Source: Glaucostegus cemiculus (Eukaryota). From it: a stretch of DNA of 64,000 nucleotides. Both the position numbers and the translations under genes were made by a program. The notes under the pieces were generated by a model. It was not told the DNA's origin and ran no database searches. It was given only the letters and a program-made list of their open reading frames with translations. Location: NCBI GenBank assembly GCA_976551045.1, contig CDPCPM010000180.1, positions 16,926,001 through 16,990,000 of the forward strand. The letters are read 5' to 3'. Below are positions 37,960-50,944 of this stretch, one piece after another; position 1 is the first letter of the stretch, and the number at the start of each line of letters is the position of its first letter.

Positions 37960-38380
37960 TTTAAAAAAAATTCATTCATGGGATATGGACATTGTTGACC
38001 AAGTCAGTGCTTATTGTTTCAACCCAGATTGCTCCTGTCATCGCCGATTAACTGGACTCTGACAACTTGCACTCACTTCTCAATCACACTTTATTTACTT
38101 GTGCACAATGAGCATGAAGGAAGTTCAGTGTCAGTAACAATGGTGGGTCTGGAGTCACATACAGGCCAGATTGGAAGGGCAACAGATTGCCTTCCCTGAA
38201 GAACACTGGTGAACCAGATGGATTTTAATGACAAGTTTCTTTTTCCTTCCAAGTTTATTTAATTACACAGATTTAAAGTCCCTCATTTGCCATGGTGGGG
38301 TTTGAAATGTTGTCTCCAGGCCAATGGTCCAGAACTCTAATTACTGATCCAGTAACTTCATCACTACACTACTGTACCCA
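37960..38380 (-). mobile_element. Family-B tRNA-derived SINE, near full length
   Basis: TTCATTCATGGGATATGG tail, GTGGGTCTGGAGTCACAT, AGATTGCCTTCCCTGAAGAACACTGGTGAACCAGATGG, GCCATGGTGGGGTTTGAA, TTACTGATCCAGTAAC. Confidence 0.8.
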
Positions 38381-38473
38381 CTTCAATTCCTGGCATAACT
38401 TTCGAACTGCTCACACTGATCACAGGATAACTGTTCTATAATGTTTCCCAACTGAGCAGAGATCTGTCCTTAC

Positions 38474-38476
<3 letters not shown>

Positions 38477-38504
<28 letters not shown>
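38477..38504 (+). repeat. (AC)14 microsatellite
   Basis: Perfect dinucleotide run. Confidence 0.95.
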
Positions 38505-38507
<3 letters not shown>

Positions 38508-39034
38508 CCAGCAACAGGTACCAACAACCCTGGGAAGGGTTTTCCCCGCAATAGTCCGCAGCCATTAATATCAGCTCCCGTGACAGAATTCGGACACAGA
38601 ACACAAGATAGCCATCAAACCTGATGTCTTCCTGTTCCACCTAGCTGTGTTTCATACTCACTCCCTTGTTCTCAGACATTAAGTAGCATTTTAAAAAAAA
38701 CTAATCCATTTTAAGTTTCCATATACCATGTTACTCAAACTGTGCAGTGTATTTAAAATCACCTGAAGGCCCTCATTCAAGGTCACAGAAGGCACCTCAG
38801 AACAATGAGTTTCCATTAGTGCCAAGGAGCTGCAGCGCCAGCCAATAAATCCACCCTCTTCATCCATCAAAGCTCCCCAGGAATGCAACCTCTTTTAGCA
38901 ATGTAAATCAAGTCTGCTGGTTAAATATTAGGGGAAATAAACACAATGGGCTCTGGGGGCAACCAAGAAGTCATTTTACTTCCAGCTCAATTGCACTGAC
39001 TGAGTGGTTATGTACAGTGATACAAGTTGCAGGA

Positions 39035-40785
39035 AAAATATTTGCCTGTGTTTACTGTAGAGAAGGACATGGAATCTAGTGAGTTCAGGGCAGGGAGCAG
39101 TGATATCCTGAAGCATATCAACATTACAAAGGAGGTGGCGTCGGAGCTCTTAAAACAAAGATAGACAAATCCCCAGAGCAGACCAGGGGTATTCTAGGAT
39201 ATTGTGGGAAACAACAGAGGAGATTGCAGGGACCTTGGCAGAGGTTTATGTATCTTCATTGGCACAGATGAGGTACTGGAAGATAGCTAATGTTGTGCAT
39301 TTATTTAACAAGGCAGCAGTAATAAACCAGGGAACTACAGGCTGGTCAGTCCCACATGAGTGGTTCAAAACCTTTAGTAAGGGGTTCTCAGGTACAGGAT
39401 TTATTTGAATTTGGAAAGGCAAGGAATAGTTGAGGTTCTCCCCTCCCACACCCCCCATCTTTCAGTCCAGGTGTAGGGTCTTCATTGGAAACATCGACTG
39501 TCCATTTCGCTCCAGATGCTGCCTGAATGCTGAGTTCCTCCAGCATCTTGCTTGTTGCTCCAGATTCCATGTCTCACAAATTTGATTGAGTTTTTTTTTT
39601 GTAAAGGTGACCGAGAGAATTGATGAGGGCAGGGTGATAGATGTTACCTACATGGATTTGAGCAAGGCTTTGGAAAGGTCCCATGTGGCAGGCTGGTCTG
39701 GAATGTTAGAACATGTGGGATCCAGCGCAAGTTAGCAAACTGGACACAAAATTAGTTGGTGATAGGGGGCACAGAGTGGTAGTGAACGGTTGTTTATCAG
39801 ATTGAAGGCTTGCGATCAGTGGTGTGCCACAGGGATTGATGCTGGATCCTTAGCTGTTCATCAGATATATTAATGATATGGAAGAGAATGCAGGTGACAT
39901 GATGAGTAAGTTTGTATATGACACCAAAATTGGTGGTACAGTGGACAGGGAAGAAAGTGGTCTAAGATTATAACAGTATATATAGATCAACTGGGAAAGT
40001 GGACAAGGGAATGGCAGCTGGAATTTAACTTAGACAAGTGTGAAGGGATGCATTTTGGGAAGATAAACCAGGGCAAAGATTTACACAGTGAATAGTAGGG
40101 CCCATTGGAGTGTTGTTGAACAGAAAGACCTTGTGGTATAAGTACATAGTTTGATGAATGTGCTAACAGAGGTGGACTGGGTGATGAGGAAGGCACATGA
40201 CATGCTTGTCTTCATTGGCTGAGGAAGTATAAGTGTTGAGATGACATGTTACAATTGTACAAAATGTTGGTTTGGTACGCTTGGAATGTTGTGTGCAATT
40301 CTGGTCACCACACCAAAGGAATGACATGACTAAGCAAGAGAGGGTGCATAAAAGATTCACAAGGACATTGACTGCATTGGAGGGCTTGAGCTATCAGGAC
40401 AGAATCGATAGGTTAGGTCTGTTTTCTCTGAAGTGATGGACGCTGACAGCTGACATGATAGCGAGATACAAAATTATGAGAGGCACAGATCAGGTAGATA
40501 GCCAATGTCTGGTTCTGATGGTAGGGGTGTCTAAAGGTAGAAGGTATAGGTTTAAGGCAGGAGGGAAAAGATTTAAAGGGGATCTGTGCTGTAAATTTTT
40601 CATACAAAGAGTAGTTGATATCTGGAATGAGCTGCCAGAGGAGATGATGGAGACAAGAACAGTTACAACATTTAAGGGGTATCTGGACAGGTACTCCAAT
40701 GAGCAGGGCACATAGGGATATGAAATTAATACAGGCAAGTGGGATTAGTACAGAGAGGCATGATGGTCCGCATAGTCTACTTTTC
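39035..40785 (+). mobile_element. CR1 (HER1-like) LINE, about 1.6 kb of decayed reverse-transcriptase region through the 3' UTR
   Basis: Broken frames encode DVTYMDLSKA, GVPQG, KFVYDTK (FADD equivalent), YKIMRG, FFIQRVVDIWNELP; many stops and frameshifts. Confidence 0.95.
39436..39568 (+). mobile_element. Penelope-like terminal repeat inserted into the CR1
   Basis: CAGTCCAGGTGTAGGGTC...GAAACATCGACTGTCCATTT...GATGCTGCCTGAATGCTGAGTTCCTCCAGC; CR1 resumes at CATGTCTCACAAATTTG. Confidence 0.85.
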
Positions 40786-41629
40786 ATGGCCACAAGTGAT
40801 TCAACATTCATCTGCAAGATCTGTTCATCAAAGGTTTGTAGCTATGTACAACCCTCAAAGGAAAAAACAAAGCAATTCACAGCAACCAAATCTATTCCAA
40901 ATCAACAGCTAGTTTGCCTCCACCAGTTTGAAGAATTATTGTGTCCAAAACCTTTCATTCTACATTTTCCTACGAACAAGACACATCTCTTCCTTTCTGT
41001 CCCTGACCCAGCTTAGCTAAAATGCTTCATGACAATGAAACTTTGATCATAAAATTACAAAAGCTACATTTTGACAGAATGGGGAGAAATAGGAATGATT
41101 CTTAGTGAAATACGCGGGTACCTCAGAACTCTCAAGAACCAAAGTGCTCATCAAAAACATTAGTACTACTTCTAAACTAGGTGCTGACAATGCATCAGAT
41201 TGCAACAGTTCTTCAACTAGCTGACAGGATTATTTTCCCTTTTCCACATAAAAAGGAATGAATCTAAGTGACTTTCCAAAGCTGATAGGTCTGCTTTGAA
41301 ACTTGTAGTTACAATAATTCAAACTGTGGCTTAGTGGGTTCTGGAATTTCCAAGAGCAGGCTTGGATATGAATGCAAAAGAGCTGATGGATTATGTTGTC
41401 AAACATCCATCACTAACCAAAATGTGAATTCCAGCACCCACTTGCAGGCACAAATCTGATTGCTAGGTCAATGAATTCGCCGATTTCATTGCTTGGATTC
41501 TGAACTGAACAGACTCCTTCAGTTATACTGTATAGGCCAATAAAACCTTTGAATTCAAACTAGGTCAGCAATTTTCCATTACAAAGAAATAGTTTGTACT
41601 TGTGATAGAAAGGTGTTCAAATTATCAGG

Positions 41630-41682
41630 TCATAAAGTACTACAGCACAGAAACAGGCCCTTTGGCCCATCTAGTCCATGCT
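41630..41682 (-). mobile_element. CR1 3' tail fragment
   Basis: TACAGCACAGAAACAGGCCCTTTGGCCCATCTAGTCCATGC. Confidence 0.75.
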
Positions 41683-41699
41683 ATCCAGGAATCTGGTAG

Positions 41700-41958
41700 G
41701 TGAGAGGGGGATTCCTTCTTCTTCAGCCCTTTGCCTCTTCTACCAATCACCTCCCAGCTTATTACATCTTCTCCCTCTGCCCTATCCACCTACCTTGCCC
41801 CTCTCACCTGAACTCAACTGTCCCTTTCCTGTGAGTGCTCCTCCCCCTCTCCCCTCTGGCTTTCCAATCCCAATGAAGGGTCTTGGCCCAAAACATTGAC
41901 TGTTTATTTCCCTCCATGGATGCTGCCTGATCCGAGTTCCTCCAGCACTTTGTGTTGC
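41700..41958 (+). mobile_element. Penelope-like element 3' UTR and terminal repeat
   Basis: Pyrimidine-rich tract, then ATGAAGGGTCTTGGCCCAAAACATTGACTG...GATGCTGCCTGA..GAGTTCCTCCAGC. Confidence 0.85.
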
Positions 41959-43329
41959 ATTAATAATATTGTTTTCTTTGTCAAGTAGGGGTGCTTCACC
42001 ATCATCACCAGTTTAAGTACATCTCATGGACACATACATTCATGGGATGTAAGTGATAATGTTAACAGTACTTATACCTAGTTATCCCTGAGAAGGTAGC
42101 GCTGGTGTTTAAACTTGATATAGTCCAAAGGATGGTTGTTATAAGTTGTTTTCCTATCTCCAATTTTTAATACGTTCTTTCAAGAGTAATTAGATTGTGA
42201 AATTCTGAACCACAACCTTTTTTAAACCAGAGTCTGAATTTAGTCATTCCTTGAAATAATCATAACAGGAATTGAAAGCGTACAGGAAACAGGAAATAAA
42301 TTAGTTGGTTGTTGCAGACTTGATGGGTTGATTCTCCGTTTGTGTCATTCTAATTTGCAATGTAAGAATGCCTGAAAGTTTTAAAATCCACTTTTATTAC
42401 AAGGCATTCCAGATTTTGTGACATGTAATTTTAGGTTCATTGCTCTACCATTTCATCCATTGTCCCAAGAAAAATCAGATTATAATGATAGTCACTCTCA
42501 CAAGTGTCACTGTTACATTGGAATGAAATCAATATAAAAACAAAGAGAGGAGGTGGCTGATGGGGGCAGGGGGTGAGGAAATTAGTTAAAAGATCCTCCC
42601 TTGATTTGTATCCAGCAACTTCTTTCAAAAGTATAGAATGTGGATCTCCCAGGGTGGACCACATTACAAACACACTCTGCGTCATTAATGGAGACTTTGA
42701 TTAAGGCTGGAATGCAGCTTGTAGCTGTGGAATTACAAACACAGCTAGAGGATCTTTAGGTAAGGAAGAGGAAGTATTTGAACTCTGTGGGTGGGGAGGG
42801 AGAGGGGCAAGAAGGAAGATTTAATGACACTCCTAATCAACAATTGCCTTTTATAACCAGAAAAAAAGAACTTCTCGTAGATGTGCTTCAGAACTCTATT
42901 CCAGGTCAGAAGTTTCCAAAGAGTTTGAAATCCGTTGACCCTATAGGTTCCATTTAGAGATGACAACTGTCTCCCCATTTAGCTGTGCCTGATGGAACAA
43001 GACAGCCACATTCTAGAGAGCTCTGAGGGATACTGACTTTTCATGCATCGCCTATAGCAACTGACAGTGTCAATCTAAGAATAAAATGCGAGCCCATGTG
43101 TTCCTGTCAAGTCAACACTTCTGGAAGATAACAGCTCTTTGGAGTCATGCCCATTGTAACTGAACTGGCTGATATGATTGCTAAAACTAAATTGGGAATA
43201 GGCATGTTAAAAACTGCAGTAATTGAGAGTTCCCTTAACCACAGCCCCAGGAACCAAAGGAAATGTTTTTTTTGTAATAAACTTATAACTTGTGTTTGCT
43301 TTTGTTTTGAAAACATCAAGTGCCTTTAG

Positions 43330-43790
43330 GAAACCATAAAATATGACATCATGCCAACATGACTTTAAGACAAATGACCAAAAGCTTTGTAAGTTTTAAT
43401 GACCATCGAGAGGGGGAGTGGGTGAAGGCAAGGAATCCAGACAGGTGCTGGACAGTTGAAAAGACAAGGTCACCAATGGTGAAACAATGAAAATAAAATC
43501 AAGGATGTGTCAAATGTCAAAGTGGAAGAATGCAAAATTGCAGAGGGCAAGGCCACAAAGAGATGAAAACAGAGACGAAGAACTTAAAAAACAATGTAAA
43601 ATCTTACAAGGCCAGGAGCCAGTGTAGGTCAGTAAATAATGGGGCAATGGCTGAATTTAGTTAGTCAGGATATCGACAAAATTTTGGATGACCTAAGATT
43701 TATGGAAGGTCAGGAGAGGCTGCCCAGGAGAGGTAGAGCAGAGTTGCCCAAAAGCAAAGCAAAGGGTTTGGGCAGGTGACAGGAGAACCA
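43330..43790 (-). mobile_element. L2 LINE 3' region, old
   Basis: CAAATGACCAAAAGCTT, CACCAATGGTG, GGAGCCAGTGTAGGTCAG, TTTTGGATGACCTAAGATTTATGGAAGG is the antisense L2 ORF2 end. Confidence 0.7.
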
Positions 43791-44084
43791 GGTAGGCTCG
43801 CTGGAAAAGGGGTAGGACAAGAATAGCTCCCAGTTTAAAAAAAGAGACAAAGTAAATGGAGTCAACCCTCCTCCCTAATTGCATTTTCTCCCCTCAAATG
43901 CTCCAGAATTTTTCAAAAGAATTAATACAAGGATACATGCTGCCCAAATATGGGGTGTCCAAGTGTTTAATTAGCAGCACTGAAGTAGGTTGGCCCTGAT
44001 CTAATTCAATGGTGGAAAAGGCTCAAAGAGTTAATGGCCTGCTCCTATTCCTGTGACCACAAGCATTAACCACACATAATAACA

Positions 44085-44290
44085 TGAAACCAAATACAGC
44101 AATTGCTGGAAATTTGAAACATCACCAGAAAATGCTGGAAATACTCAGCAGATGAGGCGGCACCTGTTAAGAAAGAAATAGTTAATATTTCAGGTTGGCG
44201 ACCTTCTGCAACTGATGAAAAGCTATTGATGCACAACATTGTTGTTTGTTCCCCATCCATATACAGCAGCTGTGACCAAGACTTCTCAGG
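44085..44290. mobile_element. Penelope-like head-to-head terminal-repeat pair
   Basis: AAATGCTGGAAATACTCAGCAG...GTTAATATTTCAGGTTGGCGACCTT (minus copy) joined to CTGATGAAAAG... (plus copy). Confidence 0.7.
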
Positions 44291-45269
44291 TAGGAAAATG
44301 CAATTCCTCTGGCTGTATTATATTCCCTTTAATTAAGTCATTTTAAAATTATAAAAGCAAAAATCAGCTCCAAATGCTGATTAAATGAAACCCACTGCTT
44401 CTACTCACAAGCACCTCTCCTAAAATGACATGCAATCTTTGAATTCTGAATTTGGGCCTAAATAAAAGACAAATATGTATATATAGAATTTTTTTTAAAT
44501 AATACAAATATTTTGTCACTTTGTGCTCTTTGACTGCCTTCCTTACCTTGCTGGCATTTTTTTTAAAAGCAAAAGTAGCAGAACTAAGCAATTAAAATTC
44601 CAACACTACCTTCTGCTGTTATATTTACTTAAGCACCCTTGTTGTTGCTGCAGTAATCCACTAATCATGGTGCCCAGTGAAGAAGGCACATTAGGAGACT
44701 CTGTTCTGACTGTCATCATTAGGCATTCTCCCAGAGACCACCGTGCAAGGAGGAGAGCACAGGGTAAATGCAGGCCCTGTATCAACTTGGCATCTTACCC
44801 TCTATGTAATAGGTGGTTTTACATGGACAAGAGACTGGCAGAAGCACAAAAGAATACAAAAGGGAGTAAAATAACTTGAGGGCAACAGTACCTCGAGACC
44901 CATTTCATCCCCAAATCTCAACATACGTAGGAAAGGATTCCTACAGCAACCCAGGTCAGAGCTTCATTCAAGTGTAAAAGTTGAAGTTGATCACCATTGG
45001 ATTCTGAGAAGCAGAAGTTAGACAAAACTTAAAGGAAAACAAAAACTAAAGAAGTTTAAGAGGAAATACAATAAAAAGGATTCCAAAAGCAGCATAAATT
45101 TGCCACACCTTTGCAAATAATGATTTTGTTCTGGCACTGGGATAGGGAATGGAAGAGGGCAGTGTTATGTATATAGATATCTAGCTGTATAGTATAAGGT
45201 GTTGAAAATATTTATTCTTTTAAGGGGAGCTACCTTTTGGCGAATTGTCCAGCTAAAGACTTTGGTAAA

Positions 45270-45822
45270 TACATAGAACAATCCAGCACAGAACAGGCCT
45301 TTCAGCCCATGATGTTGTGCGGACATAGCTAATACCTCCCACCTGTAAAATGCCCATATCCCTGCATTTTCCTCTTATTCATGTGCCCATCCAAGCCCAT
45401 CTTAAAAGCCCCTAAAGAATTTGCCTCCACCATCCTAACAGGCTACGCATTCCAGGTATCCACCACTGTCAGTAAAAAACATACACCTCACATCTGTTCT
45501 GAGCCCACCATCTATCACCTTAAATGCATGTCCTCTGGTATTGGATCACTCAGTAATAGAAAAAGATATTGCTTGTCCACCCTATCTATGCCCCTCATAA
45601 TTTTATACACTTCTAACAAATCACCCCTCAGCCTCCACCACTCCAGAGAAAAGAGCCCAAGTCTGTCCAGCCTCTCCTGATAGCACATGCCCTCTAATCC
45701 AGGCAACATCCTGGTAAAACTCCTCTGCACCCTCTCTAAAGCCTCATCATTCCTATAGTGAGGTGACCAAAATTGCATGCAATACTCTAAATGTGGCCTA
45801 ACCAGAGTTCTATAGAAATGCA
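45270..45822 (-). mobile_element. CR1 LINE 3' fragment, comparatively young
   Basis: ORF 45515-45823 FYRTLVRPHLEYCMQFWSPHYR...LERVQRSFTRMLPGL...RLRGDLLEVYKIMRG is the CR1 ORF2 C-terminus. Confidence 0.95.
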
Positions 45823-46389
45823 AGGAAGAAAGTCATTAATAAAAAGCCATTTGGTCTTGTGATTGATCAACTGAGGATCTCAAATTCACCCAAATCTCCT
45901 CCTGAAATAGATAACACATTTGAGAAACAAAGGACTGCGGATGCTGAAACCTAGATGAAAAATACCGTGATGCTAGAGATAAAACACTTGTAGCAGGAGC
46001 CTACATTGCCCAGTAGAATTGCCTCTGCAAAACATTCCATTCACAGTGCATAGGCTTCAAAAACATGAAGTTTTCGGATGATGCTGAAATACAGTTAAAT
46101 CTTTCAAAGCATAACTGATGTTGAAAAGAAATTATAAAATTAGAAGGAAATGGTTTAAAATAAATAATGAAAGCAATTACAATTATGGTTCTTACTCTAT
46201 TAAAGGTGGCGTATCAGGATAAGGCGACAGAAAAGCTAATGGAATTTTAAGTTTCTCAGTAATCTTGGATTACAGAAGATAGTTTGTATTTACGATAGCT
46301 ATTACTCATATCACAAGAGTCTTCATAGGATCATCAGCAAATAACCTGACCACCAACTTTTTGGACAAGTGAACAAAATTTTAATTGAA

Positions 46390-46860
46390 GAGGACGATTC
46401 AATTCTCCACCTCACTTTAACCATTCCGTCTTCAAGTTCCAACACTTGTTCTTATGAAGTTCAATTCAATTTCAACATAAACTGGGAAAATATCTCATCA
46501 CATCACAACCTTCCTGACTTGTGAAGTCCAACAATTTCTGCTGCTCCTATTGACATCTCCTCTTGACCCACCTTTTGTTTCTTTATCTGACCCATTTTTA
46601 AGCCCTTTTATTTTTGTTTTACAATACCCTTTTGTCCTTTAACCTCTTTGCCATCCATCCAATCCAGAGTATTTCTTTCATTCTTTCTCTCCCCTTGCTC
46701 CTTTGTCTGGATCTTAAAACTCATTGCTGGTGTTTCCAGTTCTGAAGAGGGGTGATTGAACTTAAGTGTTCATTTTTCCTTCTTCACAGATGCTGCCCAA
46801 CTCATTGAATATTACTTGCATTTCTTTCAGATTTCGAGCATAATTTCATGTTTTTATTTT
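46390..46860 (+). mobile_element. Old Penelope-like element (endonuclease end plus terminal repeat)
   Basis: AATTCTCCACCTCAC, AACATAAACTGGGAAAATATCTCATC, CAACAATTTC, then CAGTTCTGAAGA...CACAGATGCTGCC. Confidence 0.6.
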
Positions 46861-48224
46861 GCTAGCTTGATACAAGACACTAGTAATTTGTTTAAATATG
46901 TTGTGGTGTGCCTTGCTCCAAACTATAAGAAAAATATTCAGGATTTGTAGAGCATACAACAAAGGTTGGTAACTCTTCCAAGTTGTCTGGGAGTCTGAAG
47001 AGATGAAAGATTAATATCCTGAGATCTGAGAGAGACACAGATTTTTCACATCCCAACTGACACTTGTGGCTTGCCCACTTGTAAGCTTTTTCTACATGTT
47101 CCAAGTCAACATCCTGGCTCTCTCAGCTTTTCAGTTCAGCAGATCCAACACAGAAGGATAGTGAACAGCATTTTCAAACTGAAGTTTCATATCATCAAAC
47201 TTTCAACTAGATGTGGCAACACTTTGAAAGGGCGATAAGTCTCAGCTTACGTAGTGGGAGGATTTAATGATATGAAGCAGGACATGGAGTCTGAGGAGAC
47301 AATAAAAAAAAAGGGACATAGCTGAAAGAAACAAAAACCCAAAAGGTTCACTACTCCAGGGGGGGAAAAATGCTCGATTTTTGATGTGCCTGGAGAAATG
47401 TAAACCACAGTATGTCAAAGTTCAGCATACAATGTAACCCTGTTTCTCTGAGCTGGGTATCTTTTGGTCCTGCTAGGTTAGATTTTGATGTGACTCCCAC
47501 TTTCAGCTGCAAAGTGATACAAAGCTGATCCTTTTTCCCACAGCCTGCCGTGACTCCGATGACGATTCCTTTTACACCAGCTTTAGAACTTCAATCCTTA
47601 CTTTACATTTAAATACAATCAAAGAGTTGTCAGTCAGAAAAGCTGTAGAAGATAAGAGACCTGTCTCAAAGGACAAAAAACAATTTGTGAATTTTGTTCA
47701 CTGAGCTACATACTTCGAGACTTCATCCAGTCCTGTGACTCACTTATCAGTAAACTGTAAATATAATAACTTTAGAATTCAAACCATGGTTATCATAATC
47801 AAAGTACCCACAGATCTACAGTGGCCACAGCAGTGCTACAATACAACAGGAATGGAGGCCATTCAGCTCATCAGGTCTGCACTGGCTCTATATAAAAGCA
47901 ATCCAGTTAGTCTTTCAAATCCTTTCTTTTCTGATATTTATTGAGCTTTGAATTTTAATTTCCTTCTAGTACTACTCCTAGCAATGCATTCCAGATGCTG
48001 ACCACTATTTTTTGATTTATCTTTCATTTTTTGAGCCTTATTCAAGATTTAGTTTTAAAATTTGAAATTAAGACAAACTACATGAAACATGTACATTTAA
48101 ATGTGTGTGAGACAATACTGAAATATGTATAATACTCAGTGATATTTGGGTATATCTTTTTTTAGTACCTGTATTTAAATGTTAGGTTGCCTCGGTCCTG
48201 TCTTGATTCAAGTCCATTGTAGCT

Positions 48225-48560
48225 ATGTGCACTGATCCGAATTGGCCCCTGATTAAGCAACAGCTTCATATTAAAAGTCTCACCTGTGTTTTCAATTCCC
48301 TCCATGGCATCTTTTGTCTCTAACCATTATCTGCTCCATCCTTACAACTGTCTGAGATAACCATAATCCTCCAATTTTGGCTTCAAACACAGCAGATTTT
48401 AAATCATTCAAGCATTAGTAATTGAAGACTCAACAACTAAGTTCCCAACTTAATCCCCCTTACCTCGACATTCCTCAAAAAACTACAGTATCCTCCAATA
48501 TCTGCTTGCATGGCTCCTAACAAATTTTCTTTTACCACACTCCAGCAAAAAAAAGTGTTA
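48225..48560 (+). mobile_element. L2 LINE 3' fragment, old
   Basis: ATTGGCCCCTGATTAAGCAACAGCTTCATATTAAAAGTCTC...TTTTCAATTCCCTCCATGGC (HWLP..QR..FK..L.FK.LHG-like). Confidence 0.6.
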
Positions 48561-50944
48561 TCAGGCACTATATTGCACATTCTTATCTAGATGCTCACTT
48601 GCTTTGAACCAAAATTTAAACATGCATATCCTGGATATACCTATGTGGTTGAATGTACCATTTGAACACATAAAAGAATTCAGTATTTTGACTGCTGTTT
48701 TTGAACATCTATATTCCATGCAAGGTCGTAAAAGAGGTCTAAAGTCACTCTGCCCTTTACAAACAGGCAAGAAACATTATGCTGCAGGAGGAAACTCAAA
48801 ACTCATCGGGTACTAACAAAGTAATCAAAGTGCTTCCTCCAACCCCTTTTTAAAAGAAAAATAGGCTTTATGGTACATTACAGTAAATTAATGCATGGAA
48901 AATGAGCTAGTTTTACTTTCATTGTTTTAAAGATATACTGTGAAATGACTCTTTTTCAATCCTTTCATAAAAATCACCTTGTCCAACTTGGAATGCAGAA
49001 ATATAGTAAGACTTCTGAATCACAGGCTTTCAAACTGTGAACACAGGCCTTCCAAAAGTTTAGCAAAGAGGAGTTAATGGGTAATCAGCAGGATAAGTAT
49101 TTACCTGCAATATTAACACTTCCTGCAGGAGGGATTAAATATCATTGACAGGAAACAAAATATATATTGTTTAAATGTCCAAACTTGAGGTATGCTTGTG
49201 CCTTAGGCCTTGTGCATTTTACTGTTAGTTAATCCCAAGGTGTGTAGTTACACCTCTACAAACTAGGACACAGGAAGAAGCAATGAAATATAAACTCAAC
49301 TACAGGATGACATTTTAAATTAGCCAGAAAGCCTGCAATTCACATCTAACCCATAACAACAAGGAGAAAGTTCAAAGCTCAACTTAAAGATTTGAATAAT
49401 TTTATGTTGACAATGTCTGCTGTAAATCAACTCCTTCCCTGCACTTTACATCAATTCTAGATCAACATTTGATCAGCCCTAAAACTTTTCCAACACTATT
49501 CTGCTTGGTCAACTTAAGACACTATATTCCATGGCTCATAGTTTTTAAAATAAGAATTCAGTTAGGTAAGCAGACTTCTTTTGGTATTGGGCACAGAAAA
49601 TTGAAGAATATCTTTTTACCTGCTGTCAAGGAACAAAATTAAAAGCAGACAGGTAAAAACTGCCACCTGGCCAAAACTCCCTGCCCTCTACCAGTGGTAG
49701 CCATGCCTTTAGCTGCCAAGGCCCGAGTTCTTCTCCAAATACTCCCACCTCCTCCCTTTCCCTATTATCCCATAAGCTTTTAAGTCACCTCTCATACCTC
49801 ATGTGAGTCAGTGTCTATTTTCTTTAATTACCATCCCGTATTACTGAAGCATTTTGTATTATCATAGGCATTTGTCCATATTGAAGGTGCAACGTAAATT
49901 CAGTGGAGACAATTACATCAATGTCACATGCTCTCAAGAAAAGATTCCAGACAGAGGTGGTGGTTTCTCAATTATTTCATATAACTGTAACAGGTCTCAA
50001 GCAATTCAAATGATTGCCAAAATGTGTTCCCCATTTTATATGACCAACCATAAAATGCAGCAGCCAGCATGTTAAGAATTCTTTTTAACAGAACCCCTTT
50101 GTTGTCTTCTCCACAATATTCCCCCAAATCCATTAGAACAAGCAAATGGTAAAAATGGCATGAATGATAAAAAGAAATCTTACCAGAAAGTACAGCACTT
50201 AAATGGATCTGATCCAATTGTTCGTTGTCCCGCTGAATTTTAAATGTAGGTAGAGACTGTCAGGGGAGATGGTGAAATACTTAACCATGGCTCTGGGTAC
50301 TCTCTCTGTATGTATCCACACAACCCTTTTACCAGAGTCATCAACTCCAGCTAGATAGATTCATTAAGGTCTCAATGATAGCCCTCATCTCCACCTGGTT
50401 ACATACCTGCAAATTCTTAATAAATATTCACCTTCAGCAAATGCTTTTTTGAATTTTTTTTTAGTTGGGTTACTTCCTGCAGTATCCAGGAGCTGTACCT
50501 TTAAATCTTGGAGACTCTGAGACAATCTTAGCAGTTTGGTTGGAAGGAAATGATGGATGTAAAAGTTTGTGCAAGTTGAATTAGGTATAAAGCCCTTTTT
50601 CTAGTTTTCACTATTCAGCAGATAAAAGGATGGTCACTATTTTACTATCAAGTCCAACAGAGCCGCTGGCAGAGTAACTGATTTCATTAGGTTTTATATA
50701 CAATGTCCAGAACTATAACAGGACCACTGACAAGGTGGTCAAGATAGTCAGCAGTATTCAAATTCATATCATTGGTCATCAGGCAACAAACAAAATTGGA
50801 TGATCCTTAAGTAAAGAGGGCCAACACTGATGCGTTCAAGTAACATGGCCACCATGGGCAAGGGAGCTCATTGTTTAAATAATAGTTAAGTTGTACTCAA
50901 ATGTTCTAGTTATGTTGGAAATCATGAGAGGCTTGAAACAGGCA

